From: Anthoceros angustus
Taxonomy: Eukaryota; Plantae; Anthocerotophyta
DNA length: 64,000 bases
Direction: 5' to 3'
NCBI GenBank assembly: GCA_010909165.1
Contig: MU008178.1
Coordinates: 1 to 64,000, forward strand
The first letter of the stretch is position 1; each line of letters starts with the position of its first letter. The translations under genes and the position numbers were made by a program. The notes under the pieces were generated by a model, which worked only from the letters and a program-made list of their open reading frames with translations, had not been told where the DNA came from and did not search any database. Of the stretch, positions 37,241-50,077 are shown one piece after another.

Positions 37241-38343
37241 TAAGGGCGTCGGTCTCGTTCGAGAATTGTTTCGACCTTGGTGTGATGGACAACGAGCCAA
37301 TAATTTGCCAGTTACGCACGGTGAGGCGCCTCTAGTGCAAACAATTTCAGCTTTTCATGCGGACACAAATGAGTGCGAGCACAGCGAAGACCTTGTGAGC
37401 AAACATGTGAACAAGCCTTTGTCAATTGTTGTGCCTCTTGTCGTTTGTTGTTCTCTGTCTATGGTTGTAACTATTGTGCTGGTTTCACTTCCAACAAAGA
37501 GTCTTGCTGCGATATGTCCCGTAGTTTCTCTTGCAGCAATTATAGTGTTCAAGCTTTTGTAGCAGTCAAAGACACGAGTCAGCGTAAATTACATAGTGCT
37601 ATACATTGGTTCTCAATTGATGTCTTATATGTCCATGTACCACAAATAGGCTTGCATTCCCTACCACATATTATGGAACAATGGTGTCCACTCGTCTAGC
37701 AAGCTCCATGAAAGTGGGCTGTTTCTTCTTAGATGGCAGCTTCCAAGTACTACTTCTTTCCCAAAAAGCAAGCACTTTTCAAGCTATTATCGGTGCTATG
37801 TCACGTACTGTAGTCTTGTTGGAAGTGTGATGGCGGCCTCGTGGGCCTCGAGGCGCCCGCTGATTTATTTTGAGGCCGGTAGATTCTAGAGAATTAACCA
37901 AATATAATTATTTTTTGCTCAATAGAGTAAAATTTATTACAATAGGATAGAAAATATGCCATGTGAGGTGAAAATGATTCACCATCCATGTTAAAACCAG
38001 GGCCGTAAGGTAAAGTATTGGGCCATGTAGATCTAAAGAAGCTCATTCTAGAAATCCCACCAACATCGCTAATCGGGAAGTAAAACATTTCCTATTAAAT
38101 AATATTCATGCGGATCCAGGATATACAAAAAACCAACAAAGAAACTTTTCTTTACAGAGTTTCCTGTATATCCAGAATGGCATGAAATACAAATTAAAAT
38201 AATGAAGAGTAAATACCAGAATAGATTGATCCCCATTACTGGATTGATTGATCAACCTACATAAAAAGCGTAACTTAGGCATAAAACTAAAAGCACAACA
38301 AAATCCAATAATAATCCACAGATACTTAATGAACATACTTACC

Positions 38344-41300
38344 TTATTTTGGAAAATTGACTTTACAATTATACAAATTGAAAATATAACTTTCACGACC
38401 ACTAGGTTTCATTGGCACAACTTGTCCAACACTGTCATAGTTTTGAAGGAGTTGATGAAGCTGGGGGCTTCGAAAAAATTGTTCTTCCTGTAAGGTGACA
38501 ACCTGATAAAAAAAACATTAGTTTTCACTCAGCTGAATATGATAAAAGGCAGGCAAGATAACTTACTGATTCCGGAAGATTTTCGACAGTGGTAGTGGAC
38601 ACCCCTTCAGATGCAGTATCAATTTTCTGTTTCTGTTGTCTTTCCCATTGCAATCTTCGAATCTCTTGCTGCTCTTTCTGCTGCAGTTTCAGTTTTTCTT
38701 GATGTTTCAGGTGTTCTTGACTTCTTTCTACATTCTTCCGCCTCTGAATCTCGAGAGCTTTAGCTCTTTGCTTGGACACTCGTAGTTCAACAGCTTTGCG
38801 CCTTTGCCTTTCAATAAGTGCCTCTATGTCTTTTTGCCGTTGCAACTCCCTTTCCTGTTTTTGCCTATCATACTCTGATTCCCGTTCTCGCGAGATATGA
38901 GCAAGATGCTGCTCAAAATTGCTTGTATTGCCATTGCCAATCCCATTTTGCAATACCACATCCAGAGGTAATATGGCCACATTTCTGTCCTGTTGCACTT
39001 CAGACATCTCATCACAATCACTTGGCACAATGGCCTGCAACTGAGGAACCACTGAATTATCAATGTTGAAATGTGGAATAGTAAGGCTTCCCATACTGGT
39101 GGCTGAAATTGCATCTTTAGTAGATGGGTTTGAAATCTGCCAAAAGCAAAGAGTCAGACTAACTCCAAAAGAAATATAAGGACAAAATTATGCAATAACT
39201 TAACCTTGACATCATTTTGAACTTGAATTAAAGCCTCTGTCGTTGGTCTGATCTTAGTGATCTGTAGATCATGGACACTACTTTCAAACAGAGTATCTGA
39301 ATCCATTGCTTCACTATCTTTTACCTAGCAATACAGCACAAAATAGAGTTAAAAGACATCACCAAAAAGCACCAAACGCAAAAAACAATGACAGTAATAA
39401 CCTAATTTTAAGGGCAGCAAATGCCACTTCGAGAATAATCTGGTGTACTGTTGACATTGTAATGCAGTGTATTCTCATAACGGATAACAGGAGTAGCAAC
39501 AGACAACACAACCTGACAATACAAAGAGTCAGAAAACACTACAGTATAACGGTTCTGAAAATAGACAACAAATTCCTCACTTACATTCTCAACAGGTGGC
39601 GCTTGTAGAGGAAATTGACTGCACGCCTGTGAAAGCTGACAATATTATAACATTTTCAAGCAATATGATTTACCTCATGCAAAAAAAAAAAAACTTACAT
39701 CTTCAGGCTGACTCGCAAAAACGACTTCCGGAGTCACATCGAAACTAGTTGATGGAAGCACGCCCCGCAGGTCGTCTTGCATCCGATTCAGTTCTTCATT
39801 CAATAACTCTTTGTACGATCTTCGTTCACCTGGAACTAGCACCTTTGCTGCTGCTGCTTGTTTTGCTTGCCCTGAACGGTCATATCTGCAAACCAACAAA
39901 TTGTAAGAAGGATTAACAAATCACATCAACAGCAAAAGCAGCCACTACAAATTACCTTGAGAATCCAGCATCCGTTTTGTGTCCAGTAATACTTCTTCTG
40001 GCATCACAAGGCACCTGGGCCATTGTAAGGCGTGTAATCATTGTAACGCGACAACTTTTGTTCGTGTAATAGCCATCGAGACCAGCCCCTTCTGTCATCG
40101 TCTTCATATACCTTGACAACATTCCTTTGGACACGCGAAGTTTCGCATACCACGCCTGGTTTAACAATATCTTATTAGTATGATATAGAGAGAAATACAC
40201 AGAAAACAGAAGATTTTAAACTTACATTTGATCTGGGATTGTCGATTGGGGAATTGAATAGACCCTACTAGAAAAGGGCAGTCATGTTACACTTTATGTT
40301 AAGATTTGGACCCCCCTTTGTTGCAATTATGTTAAAATCTTGGGGTCTTGTTACACTTTTGGGACCCCCTTATTACGATTAGGTTTGGAAACCAACCCTC
40401 CACCTTATTCTGAGTCATATAGTCTTGTTGCAATTATGTTGCAATGTAGTGAGAGGTGGTTTGTGTCCCTCTCAAAATTTCAACATAATTGCAACAACCA
40501 AAGTGTTACATCGTCTCTTATTGATTTTGCGCTTGGTACCGAACCTCCTCCCCATCTACCTTCCTCTTTTACTACTATTACCCTATGGAATACCTAGTTT
40601 TACTTAGTAGTTCCACCGATACTCGTATGAATACACATATATAAAATACATGTATGAATACATTCTTTGTAAAATACACGTATTGTTCATGGTAACATAT
40701 ACTATATGGTAATTTCACTGTGATATATGGTCATATTCTATTTTATATAAAATAAGCATATCGTCACACGGATAACGTACATACTTTGTACACGTCCACG
40801 ATCGTTTACTAGTTTGTCCTTGAGCACTCGATTGCCTTTTGTGCCTCTGAGTTTGTGCTACAGCGGACCCATGTTTGCTATCTTGCGTGGGGTTGTTTGG
40901 CTCAAGTCCTCCCTCCTTCTCTCTCCCCTAGACAAGCGCCTCATGTCAATTCTGCGCCTTTTTGCCCTTGCCTCGACCATGGCTGTTGGTTGCTCCACTC
41001 CTATCCTCCCTCTCCCTCCTTCTTCCATCGCCTTCCCTAACTTCACATCATAGTCTGGTTACGCATCAGCTGAAAATTTGAGATAAGAAATAACAGCATG
41101 GAATGGGTCTTGGCCTGACCTTGCAACTACTTGCAGTTGTACATGTACACGAGACACCCTGCCATGCTACTATCGCCTTCTCTAACATCAAATCGCACTA
41201 GCTAGTTACGCAACAGCTGAAAATTTGAGAGGAAATCACAGTATTGGAACAGGTCTTGGCCTGACCTTGCAATGCTCTGTACAAGATACGCGGTGTACGT

Positions 41301-44300
41301 GATCCCGCCACCATCCCTTCACCAACATCATGTCACGGTGGTTACGCATCAAGCGAAAAATTGAGAGGAAATCATAGCATGGAATGGGTCTCTCTGGAAA
41401 TCACGGCATGGATTGGGTCTCTACTTGAAATCACGGCATGGAACGGGCCTCCTCCTCTTCCTTTCCCTCTCCCCTCCTCCTTCTTCCATCTCCCCTCCTT
41501 CCTCCCTCCTTCCTCCCTCCTTCCTCCCTCCTTCCTCCCTCCTTCCTCCCTCCTTCCTCCCTCCTTCCTCCCTCCTTCCTCCCTCCTCCTCCCTCCTTCC
41601 TCCTCCTTCTTCCTCCTCCCTCCTTCCTCCCTCCTTCCTCCCTCCTTCTCCTCCTCCTCCTCCCTACCTCGGATCCCTCTCCCCTTTTCCTCCTTGCCTC
41701 TCCTCCTCCTCCTCTCTCGGATCCCTCTCCCCTTTTCCTCCTCCTCTCCTCCTCCTCCTCCTCTATATGGATCCCTCTCCCCATTTCCTCCTTGCCTCTC
41801 CTCCTCCTCCTCCTCCTCCTCCTCCTCCTCCTCCTCCTCCTCCTCTCCCTCCTCCTCCTCCTCCTCCTCCTCCTCTCCTCCTCCTCCTCTCCTCCTCCTC
41901 CTCCTCCTCTCTCCTCCCCTTTTCCTCCTTGCCTCTCCTCCTCCTCCTCCTCCTCCTCCTCTCCTCCCTCCTCTCCCCCTCCTTCCTCTCCTCCTCCTCC
42001 TCTACCTCTCCCTCTCCTTTCCTCCTTGCCTCTCCTCCTCCTCCTCTCCTCCTCTCCCCTCCTCCTCTCCTCCTCCTCCTCTCCTCTCCTCTCCTCCTCC
42101 TCCTCCTCCTCTCCTCCTCCTCCTCCTCCTCCTCCTCCTCTACCTCGATCCCTCTCCCCTTTTCCTCCTTGACTCTCCTGCCTCCTCCTCCTCCTCCTTA
42201 TCTACCTCTCGTCCCCTTTTCCTTGCCTATCGCCTTCTCTAACATCAAATGACACTAGCTAATTCATAGCATGAAAAATTTGAGAGGAAATCAGTATTGG
42301 AAGTACAAGATCTGCGGGTGTACGTGATCGCCCACCACCATCCGTCACCTCGTCATGTCACCTGCTGTTACGCATCGGTGAAAAATTGAGACTAGAAATC
42401 ACGACTTGGAGCGGGTCTTTACTTGAAATCCATGGACATGGAGCGGGCCTCTTCTTTCCCTCTCCTCCTCCTCCTTTCCATCTACCCTCCTCTTCCCTCT
42501 CCCCTCCTCTTCCTTCCCTCTCCCCTCCTCTTGCTCCTCTTCTTTTCCATCTTCCCTCCTCCTCCTTATAATCTCCCCTCCCATCCTTCGCTTTCCCTCC
42601 TCCTCCTTCCTCTCTCCCTCCTCTCCTCCTCCTCCTCCTCCTCCTCCTCTACCTCGGATCCTCTCTCCCCTCCTTCCTCCTTCCTCCTCTCCTCCTCCTC
42701 CTCCTCCTCCTCCTCCTCCTCCTCCTCCTCCTCCTCCTCCTCCTCCTCCTCCTCCTCCTCCTCCTCCTCCTCCTCCTCCTCCTCTATATGGATCCCTCTC
42801 CCCATTTCCTCCTTGCCTCCTCCTCCTCCTCCTCCTCCTCCTCCTCCTCATCCCTCTCCTCCTCCTCCTCTCCTCCTCCTCCTCTCCTCCTCCTCCTCCT
42901 CCTCCTCCTCCTCCTCCTCTACCTCATCCCTCTCCCCTTTTCCTCCTTGCCTCTACCTCCTCCTCCTCCCTACCTCGGATCCCTCTCCCCTTTTCCTCCT
43001 CTCTACCTCCTCCTCCCTACCTCGGATCCCTCTCCCCTTTTCCTCCTTGCCTCTCTACCTCCTCTACCTCGATCCCTCTCCCCTTTTCCTCCTTGACTCT
43101 CCTGCCTCCTCCTCCTCCTCCTTATCTACCTCGATCCCCGTCCCCTTTTCCTCCTTGCCTCTTCTAACATCAAATGACACTAGCTAATTACGCAACTGAA
43201 AATTTGAGAGGAAATCACGATTGGAAGTACAAGATCCGGCGGGTGTACACGTGATCGCCCGCCACCATCCGTCACCTACGTCATGTCACGGTTACGCGCA
43301 CGAAAATTGAGACTAGAAATCACGACTTGGAGCGGGTCTTTACTTGAAATCACGCATGGAACGGGCCTCTTCTTTCCCTCTCCTCCTCCTTTCCATCTAC
43401 CCTCCTCTTCTTTCCCTCTCCCCTCCTCTTCCTTCCCTCTCCCCTCCTCTTGCTCCTCTTCTTTTCCATCTTCCCTCCTCCTCCTTATAATCTCCCCTCC
43501 TCTCCTCTCCCCTCCTCCTCCTTCCTCTCTCCCTCCTCTCCTCCTCCTCCTCCTCCTCCTCCTCTACCTCGATCCCTCTCCCTCCTCCCTCCTTCCTCCT
43601 CTCCTCCTCCTCCTCCTCCTCCTCCTCCTCCTCCTCCTCCTCCTCCTCCTCCTCCTCCTCCTCCTCCTCCTCCTCTCCTCCTCTACCTCTCCTCTCCCTA
43701 TTTCCTCCTTGCCTCTCCCTCCTCCTCCTCTCCTCCTCTTCCTCCCCACCTCTCCCTTCTCCTCTCCCCTCCTTCTCCTTGCCTCGCAGAGTGAGCCTCG
43801 GACCCTGAACTTAGACATAGGTAAATAATATTATGTTTAGGTCACCTTTAAAGGTGAGTTAATGGGCATGTTCTTGTGATATTGTGTCAGGCACCATTAA
43901 CAAATAGTTGTGAAGAGAGTGCAAAGAAGGCGCTAGGAAAAACCTTAACTAATTGTACTCCCAATGGGGTGTAATAAAGATGGGGGAAGAGAAGAGAGAG
44001 AGGGTCCTTATTCTGATCATGTTGCAATTGCATGAGGAATTCATAAACAATGCATATGAGAGAGGATGTAGTTAAGAGGGTGAAGTGGTAGAGAGAGAGA
44101 GTGTGTTAAGATTGTAGGCCCACTTGGGGAAAGAAATGACAAACTTAATACCAAGCCTCCAAATGATGTTGCAAGTTAGAAGTGTAACATAAAATTGCAA
44201 CAACGACTGTAACATAGGCTGCCCTTTCTAGTTTCTAGAAACCCTTGGATAGCTTTGTTTTGGTCGCTTTCAGTTCACTTTGGCGAGTGATCGATCATAA

Positions 44301-45905
44301 CTCTGAAGGTTTGGATCACATCAAACTCATAGTTCTTAACCTTTGGGCGAAAGTGCTCACTTTGGTAGTTGCGCATGTCAACCTTATAATTTTTGGACAT
44401 TCGTTTCTGATACCTGCAAAGAGGAACTAATCAACAACGCATACCAAAAAGCAAAAAGCGGAAACCTACTAAAAAAAGAGGAAGAGACCTACTGAACAAA
44501 ATTTCCGCCAGAATATGATGCAAATGAAAAGTCCTTGATAAGAAGATTGTGCAACTCCTCTCCACCACGTACACCAAACCGATTCGTACAAAAGTATGCA
44601 CACCTGCTCCAGTAAACAACTAAAACTAAGATACATGATGTTTCTTTGTATTAAAACAAAAAAAATAGAACACACCTCTTTTGAGCGCCACGTCCAAAGG
44701 AATACTGGTGGTCCCTATGAGCTAAAATCCTCCGCTCATCATCATTAGAGATAAGCTTCACCTCCTTCCGACACGATACAATTCCAAGGTCCTTACTGAT
44801 CTTCATTGAAGCAACCAGGGCAGCCTGTGGCCCATGAAATATACCATGGAATATATTGATTATTGGGACATCAGAGCCACGACGGCTTTGATCCAACACA
44901 CATTTCCTCATCAGGATTCGATTAAACCCTCGAAAGAAGGACATTAACCTGCACAACGAGAAGAAAAGCTTTCAACCAAATGGCAACCAAGCAAGAAAAA
45001 CAACCAAAAACACAAGGGGGAGAGCTTTACGTTTCTGGAGAAAACCTGCTGTTGTCTTTCAAATTACGCACTTGGTGAAAGAAGAGTATTAAAATGAGGT
45101 TCAGGTCCCTATGGGGAATGTCCTCTACCGCTCTGTCCCATCCCCTTACACCGCTAACTTTCATGAACGCTTTCAAACGACTGCGACACCAATTGTTTTG
45201 ACGTTTCGACTTATCCTCACCACCACTCAGTGCATTATCAACAGCACCATCAGGAACAGAAGGGTCAAACCCCTGCTCTCTGAATATAGCTTCATCCTCA
45301 ATCTCTTCTACCCCCATGGCAAAGTCATCTTCAGGACCAGCACATCTTAATCTTTCAAACATATCGAGGCACTCTTGATCCGGTACCACTTCAGGGTTAG
45401 GGACAACCACAAGCATCGAGAACTCACCAAGCTAACATGGAGGGCCTGCCCCACAGACACTTCCAGTCTGCAGACATGCCTTCGCAGCATTGAGGACCAT
45501 GCTATCGTCAGTGATCAAATGATCATTGTCACTTACAAAGACAACACCCCTCTCAGTTACAGGGACATAGTTAATGATCTCAGACAAAGGGCCTTCCACC
45601 AAAGGAACAGCTCGAGTGTCCACACTTCTTCTCTTCTGGGCAAACTCAGCTGCGTGCCGAGCAGCCATCTTAGAAGGAAAACGCCTTGGCGGCTTTGGAC
45701 AAGTCTTCAATGGCACCAAATATGTCCTCTCACTATGGACAAGAACACCATCGACTTTACCATCATCATTGAGGGGATGAGTTGCAGTATATGCAATTGC
45801 AGACTTGACACGTTGTTGTGTGAATGGCTTTGACATGACTTCGGAGATAGGAACTTGTTTTTTCCCCGGTCCAGCAGGTCCAGTAGGTTTCCTTTTTGGA
45901 GCCAT
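38344..45905 (-). CDS. Crypton/DUF3504-type tyrosine recombinase, multi-exon, interrupted by a ~4-kb insertion. Exons: 45905-45461, 45388-45031, 44948-44676, 44603-44493, 44413-~44242 plus ~40265-40226, 40155-39956, 39885-39699, 39626-39585, two uncertain exons, 39136-38567, 38502-38344
   Basis: Spliced motifs: SKRQNNWC..L..F...IPHRDLNLILILFFHQVR...FSPE|TLMSFFRGFNR; FGVRGGEELHNL; RMSKNYK; LFNSPIDNPRSN|AWYAKL; YTNKSCRVTMITRL; ITGHKTDAGFSR|YDR; C-terminal YIFNLYNCKV. Intron phases are consistent through the catalytic core. Confidence 0.85.
40267..44241. mobile_element. Non-autonomous CACTA-like TIR element inserted into YR exon 5
   Basis: TIRs ACTAGAAAAGGGCAGTCATGTTAC (40267-40290) and GTAACATAGGCTGCCCTTTCTAGT (44209-44232), with subterminal TTGCAACA/GTAACA repeats. 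Flanking CCC(T) on both sides. Removal rejoins ...LSK|GLFNSPIDNP. Confidence 0.7.
41160..43790. repeat. Higher-order repeat: three units, each a ~200-bp header plus a long (CCT)n/CT polypyrimidine tract
   Basis: Header ...CTAACATCAAAT...GAAAATTTGAGAGGAAATCA...CTTGAAATC recurs near 41180, 42235 and 43160, each followed by CCT-rich tracts. Confidence 0.9.
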
Positions 45906-47053
45906 CTCCAAAGTGGTGTCATGTCAGACCTTAAGAAGGCATTCAAAACAACCAAACAGAATTACAGTAATTTATTCTACTTACATGAAAAATAGAAACG
46001 CCAAATGAAACCTGCTGGCGGTTAAGAACTTGATCAGATGATCTAGGCAGTGGCAAGGGCGGTAGGCACAATCCCGATAGCAATGACATCTGAAAACTAC
46101 AGTTTTGATTCATTCCCTTTCCAACTTCGTTGAGTATGCAACTATCCGCCATCTTCAACATGGCATCTTTGGACATTGCCAAACTTAAAAACTCATTGCA
46201 AAGAAACATCGAAAATAATTTTAACCCCCAAGATACCAAGAGATGAAAAAATTCACAGAACATAGCTTCACATAATTTCAAACACATGACAGACACATAT
46301 TGAAGAATTTCCTTTGAGAATGGAGGCCAACCCTCCAAACGTTGAGATAGCCTGCAATATCGACAAGCAAAAAGTTAAACATTCGCAAAAGGTCGAAAAA
46401 TCCACAATATTGCATTTCTGTGATTCAGCTTATACTTGGTAGAATTCTCTACCGAAACACCGAATGACAAGTTTATAAAGTTACAAATGGCTAAATCCAT
46501 GCCTGGAGTTCACAGAGCAAAAGATCAAGGTGCAAGAGACGATGAAAGACAACTTAGGTTATGGCACGTACCAACAGGTTGATGGGGTATCGTCGCCTCT
46601 ACAGGCACAGCAAATTCCAAGGAAATACAATTACAGGTTGGACTAACTGCAATACACAAAAAACAAAAGAGTGAATCAATAACTCTAGAGAGCCAGACCA
46701 TAGACAAACAGAACACACGGACATCACAAACGACAAGAGAGATAAATAACAGATACTCCACACTGAACTTTACAACTAATGAAAAGACTCTTAACTTGAA
46801 ACTTCAAACACTGCTAAAAACATTCTAGACCAATAACAGATTGGAGTCCGCTAACACAGCTCACATCCTACTCGTTGTTCAAGACGCTTAAGGTTCAAAA
46901 ATTATCAATTTGAACTTGAAGACAAACACCAAACGGATCACAGATGATTAAACATGCAAACCGTAGTACAGAATCACGCATGGCAACAGGTCAACAAGAT
47001 CACGTACACTCACACACATTATCAAAGACACAATACGTACTCTCAAAAGATTA

Positions 47054-47910
47054 TCAAAGACACAAAAAAAAATGGACACCTAAACTGTAGCATGCAAAAA
47101 TAGACTTGAAAGAAAACACAGTACAACCACAAACAGAGCCACCATACACAAACCAAACACGCTCAAGAAACATCACATCAAATAGACGTAGAGCTAACCT
47201 CCACTGGTCCAGGATGTAACAGTTTTAGTCTCCGGCCTACAACCATGACACAATATAGGCGAAAGGTTCATTATACAAGCACATGGGATGACAACGCAAT
47301 AGAGAGCCAAATGTAGCTATACAATGGAATCGCATTATGCAACAAGTGGCAAAAGCAACTGGATTGATAAACCAAACTTTCAATGCCAAGGCGATTCAGA
47401 ACAATATAGGAATACATTTGCTAAACTTGCCAGGCTGAAATCGACTTTAATACTACACTTGATACAATACAGAAGCTATAATTGAAAAGCAATATACAAC
47501 TAGCAACAAAGGTTTCAAAGACGAATGTACAAAGTCTCAAGGCTTTGAGAAACACAACTTAAGAGATAAACATCAACTCAGCACAAAACATATCCATCAG
47601 GCATGACAACGGGGCAGCAAGATCCACATGTACACTGAACTAATTATCAAAGACACAAGAAGAAATTGGAAACATAGACACCTAAACTGTAGCATGCCAC
47701 ACAATACGATTAACAAGCAGGAGCCACACATACACAAACCAAACAAGTTCAAGAAACCTCACATCAATAATAAGCGTAAAGAAACTGACCTCCGCTGGTC
47801 CAAGATGTAACAGTTTTAGTCTCCGGCCTGCAACCATTACAAAATATAAGCAATAGGTTCATAGTACAAGCACATGGGGGGACAACCAATAGAGAGCAAA
47901 AGGTAGCCCT
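47054..47910. repeat. ~280-bp direct repeat (47054-47335 and 47648-47910) in the YR 5' leader, each copy holding a 38-nt mini-exon-like unit on the minus strand
   Basis: CAAAGACACAA...GACACCTAAACTGTAGCATGC...CTGGTCC..GATGTAACAGTTTTAGTCTCCGGCCT in both copies. Confidence 0.8.
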
Positions 47911-48539
47911 ACAACGAAACCACAATACGAACACTTTTGAGACAGAAGCAAGCTATCGCAAGGCGGAAGCACACTTGGAGAACAGCAACATAGGAAACAC
48001 TATGAGCTTTCAAGACAGCCAATTACAAGAACAGAGAGGAAACTCAAAACACCAGAAACCAACCACGCACCAATAGTGAAGGTCGCAGGGGATATCAAAG
48101 GAAAAGAAAACGAACAGTGCGGGCTCAGAGGCTGGCACTGCGCTAGAAGTGGCGGGCTTTAAGTTCTAGGGACAAACAGCTTTCAGGTCCACCACAAACA
48201 GAGTAACTGCATGCAGGACCTTACGCGTAGATAACAAAGAAAGACATGGCCTCCGAGTGCAGAGCAAAGTAAAGAGAAAGACCCCGAAAAGAGCACACAG
48301 ATATGGCAAGAACAAGGACAAGAGCAAAACACCAAAAGTACACAAACACAAGCGGCACAAGGTAGATCGGGAGGACCAGACGCACAAACCAGCCTCAAGC
48401 TCAAGCGCCCTAAACACAAATGATCGCCTGAGCACAAATGATCGTCTGACTGACAGAGAAAGAAACCTCAAAGCGACACAGAACGCAAGTGAACCTTGCA
48501 CAAACAGAGCAGAAGCCGATAAGGGAGAAAGACGTTGTG

Positions 48540-48580
48540 AGTAGAAAAGAGGGCTTTATAGCCTATGAAACCCTAACCTC
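48540..48580 (-). promoter_or_regulatory. Candidate TATA-like promoter of the YR transcript within the divergent intergenic region
   Basis: Minus-strand GCTATAAAGCCC followed by a pyrimidine-rich leader. Strand-composition asymmetry flips near 48.6-48.8 kb. Confidence 0.3.
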
Positions 48581-50077
48581 TCTCACTGTCGGCGCCGACA
48601 ACCTCTCTCTACCAGACCTACTTCAAATTTACCAAACCTACGATCCGAGGCCAATTTAGAACCTACGCCGCCGGGTTGGTGCGTCTTGCCCGCCGCCACA
48701 CCCAAACCTAATTTGAATTCACCTAACCTAAATATCGAACCACCAACAGCTCGAGCGTGAGCCAAAGCGGGCAACGAATAACAGATTGACACGTAGGGAC
48801 ATCGGTGGAAGCCTCTCGAACTGTCTACCTTCTCTTACTTAAGTCTCTCTCCCCAGCTGTAGCTTCTTTTCCAAGTGACTCCCGCTTTCGTTTCTACACC
48901 CGCTACTGCCCACCTTCTGTCGGCGCCGAGCTGCGCGATCGCCATGGTTTTGGTTTTGTGAGGTGTTGCTCGTTAGGGGTTGGTGGAACAGGATGCTGGC
49001 ACCCTAGATCCCTTGAGCTCCTCGAATGCTACCTCTGGACAAAACCCACCTGGTAAGTAGTTCGTCTTCACACTTCATTTCATGCTGCCTAAGGTCTTCG
49101 AGTGCAAGCAATTCGGCAATCATGTTGCTTGGTATGTTAGAGCTCTCGCTGAATCAAGATTTGGTCCTTTTCTAGGGTGGGTCTTACATCGTAACTGTGC
49201 CTGTGTTTCTTTATGTTTACATACTCATCCATCTGATGTCTCTCGCATTTTACAGGCTGTGCGAAGAGACGCTCGAAGGCACCCCACCATTTTGAACTGT
49301 GCGTAAGTTTCTTGCTCCCTTGTTGGCCTCCTGCTTTCACGTTGGTGGTGTTGGTTTAGGCTTCCCTTGTAGTTTTGCGTCCTCTCTATAATCAGTTTTA
49401 AACGTCTACAGTCTAGGCTGGAATGAGAAGGGTCTTCTTCCATCGTACTGTCCCTGTCAACATTTGTATGTTTTCATACTCATCTTGACTGATGTTTTCA
49501 CCTACGCAAATTCCGCGAAGAGAAGCTAGAAGGCACCCCACCTGCGCGTAAGTTTCTTGAGCGTAAGTTTCTTTCTTGCTCTTGTTGGCCTGATCTTTCT
49601 ACATTCGTGGTGCTGATTAAAGCTTGCATGTAGTGTGGCGTGTTTAGGCTTGCTTGCGAAATCTAACAGCAAGTTACTGCACGCTGTTTCTATATAGGTA
49701 TGGCTCTGGGCGTCCTTGAAAGAGCCGGATAGCATTGCGATATGCATTCGAAAACCTCTGACGTTTCTCGAAGGAAAGTGACCACGGCGGCAACAATGAT
49801 GCCGCAAAACTTTATAGTTTCCAACAGTCTGACGACAGAAGGCAATGCAGGTACCTTACACGTTTTCTTGCATTAAGGTTCGCATGATCTCTGTGTGTCT
49901 CAGTGTGCATTAACAAACAAACCTTTAATCCAGGTACATCCACAGGATTACAAGCGTCCTCGAATCATGCAACAAATCCAAGTTATCGACGCTATTTCTC
50001 CACAGGTATGCTCGTTTATGCTACAGACCTCTGGAAGCCGGTTACTAAATCATGCAATTACTGTTTGATGTTTTAGA

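Noticed and set aside
41361-43828. Long Pro/Ser/Leu-rich and Glu/Arg/Gly-rich ORFs (extensin-like appearance)
   Set aside because: Open in nearly all frames because (CCT)n contains no stop codons. They lie inside a TIR element and lack SPPPP-Y/K extensin periodicity.
45432-45434. In-frame TAG as a nonsense mutation in the YR
   Set aside because: It falls within a plausible frame-preserving intron (GT at 45460 or 45436, CTAAC branch point, AG at 45389), so it is not evidence of inactivation.
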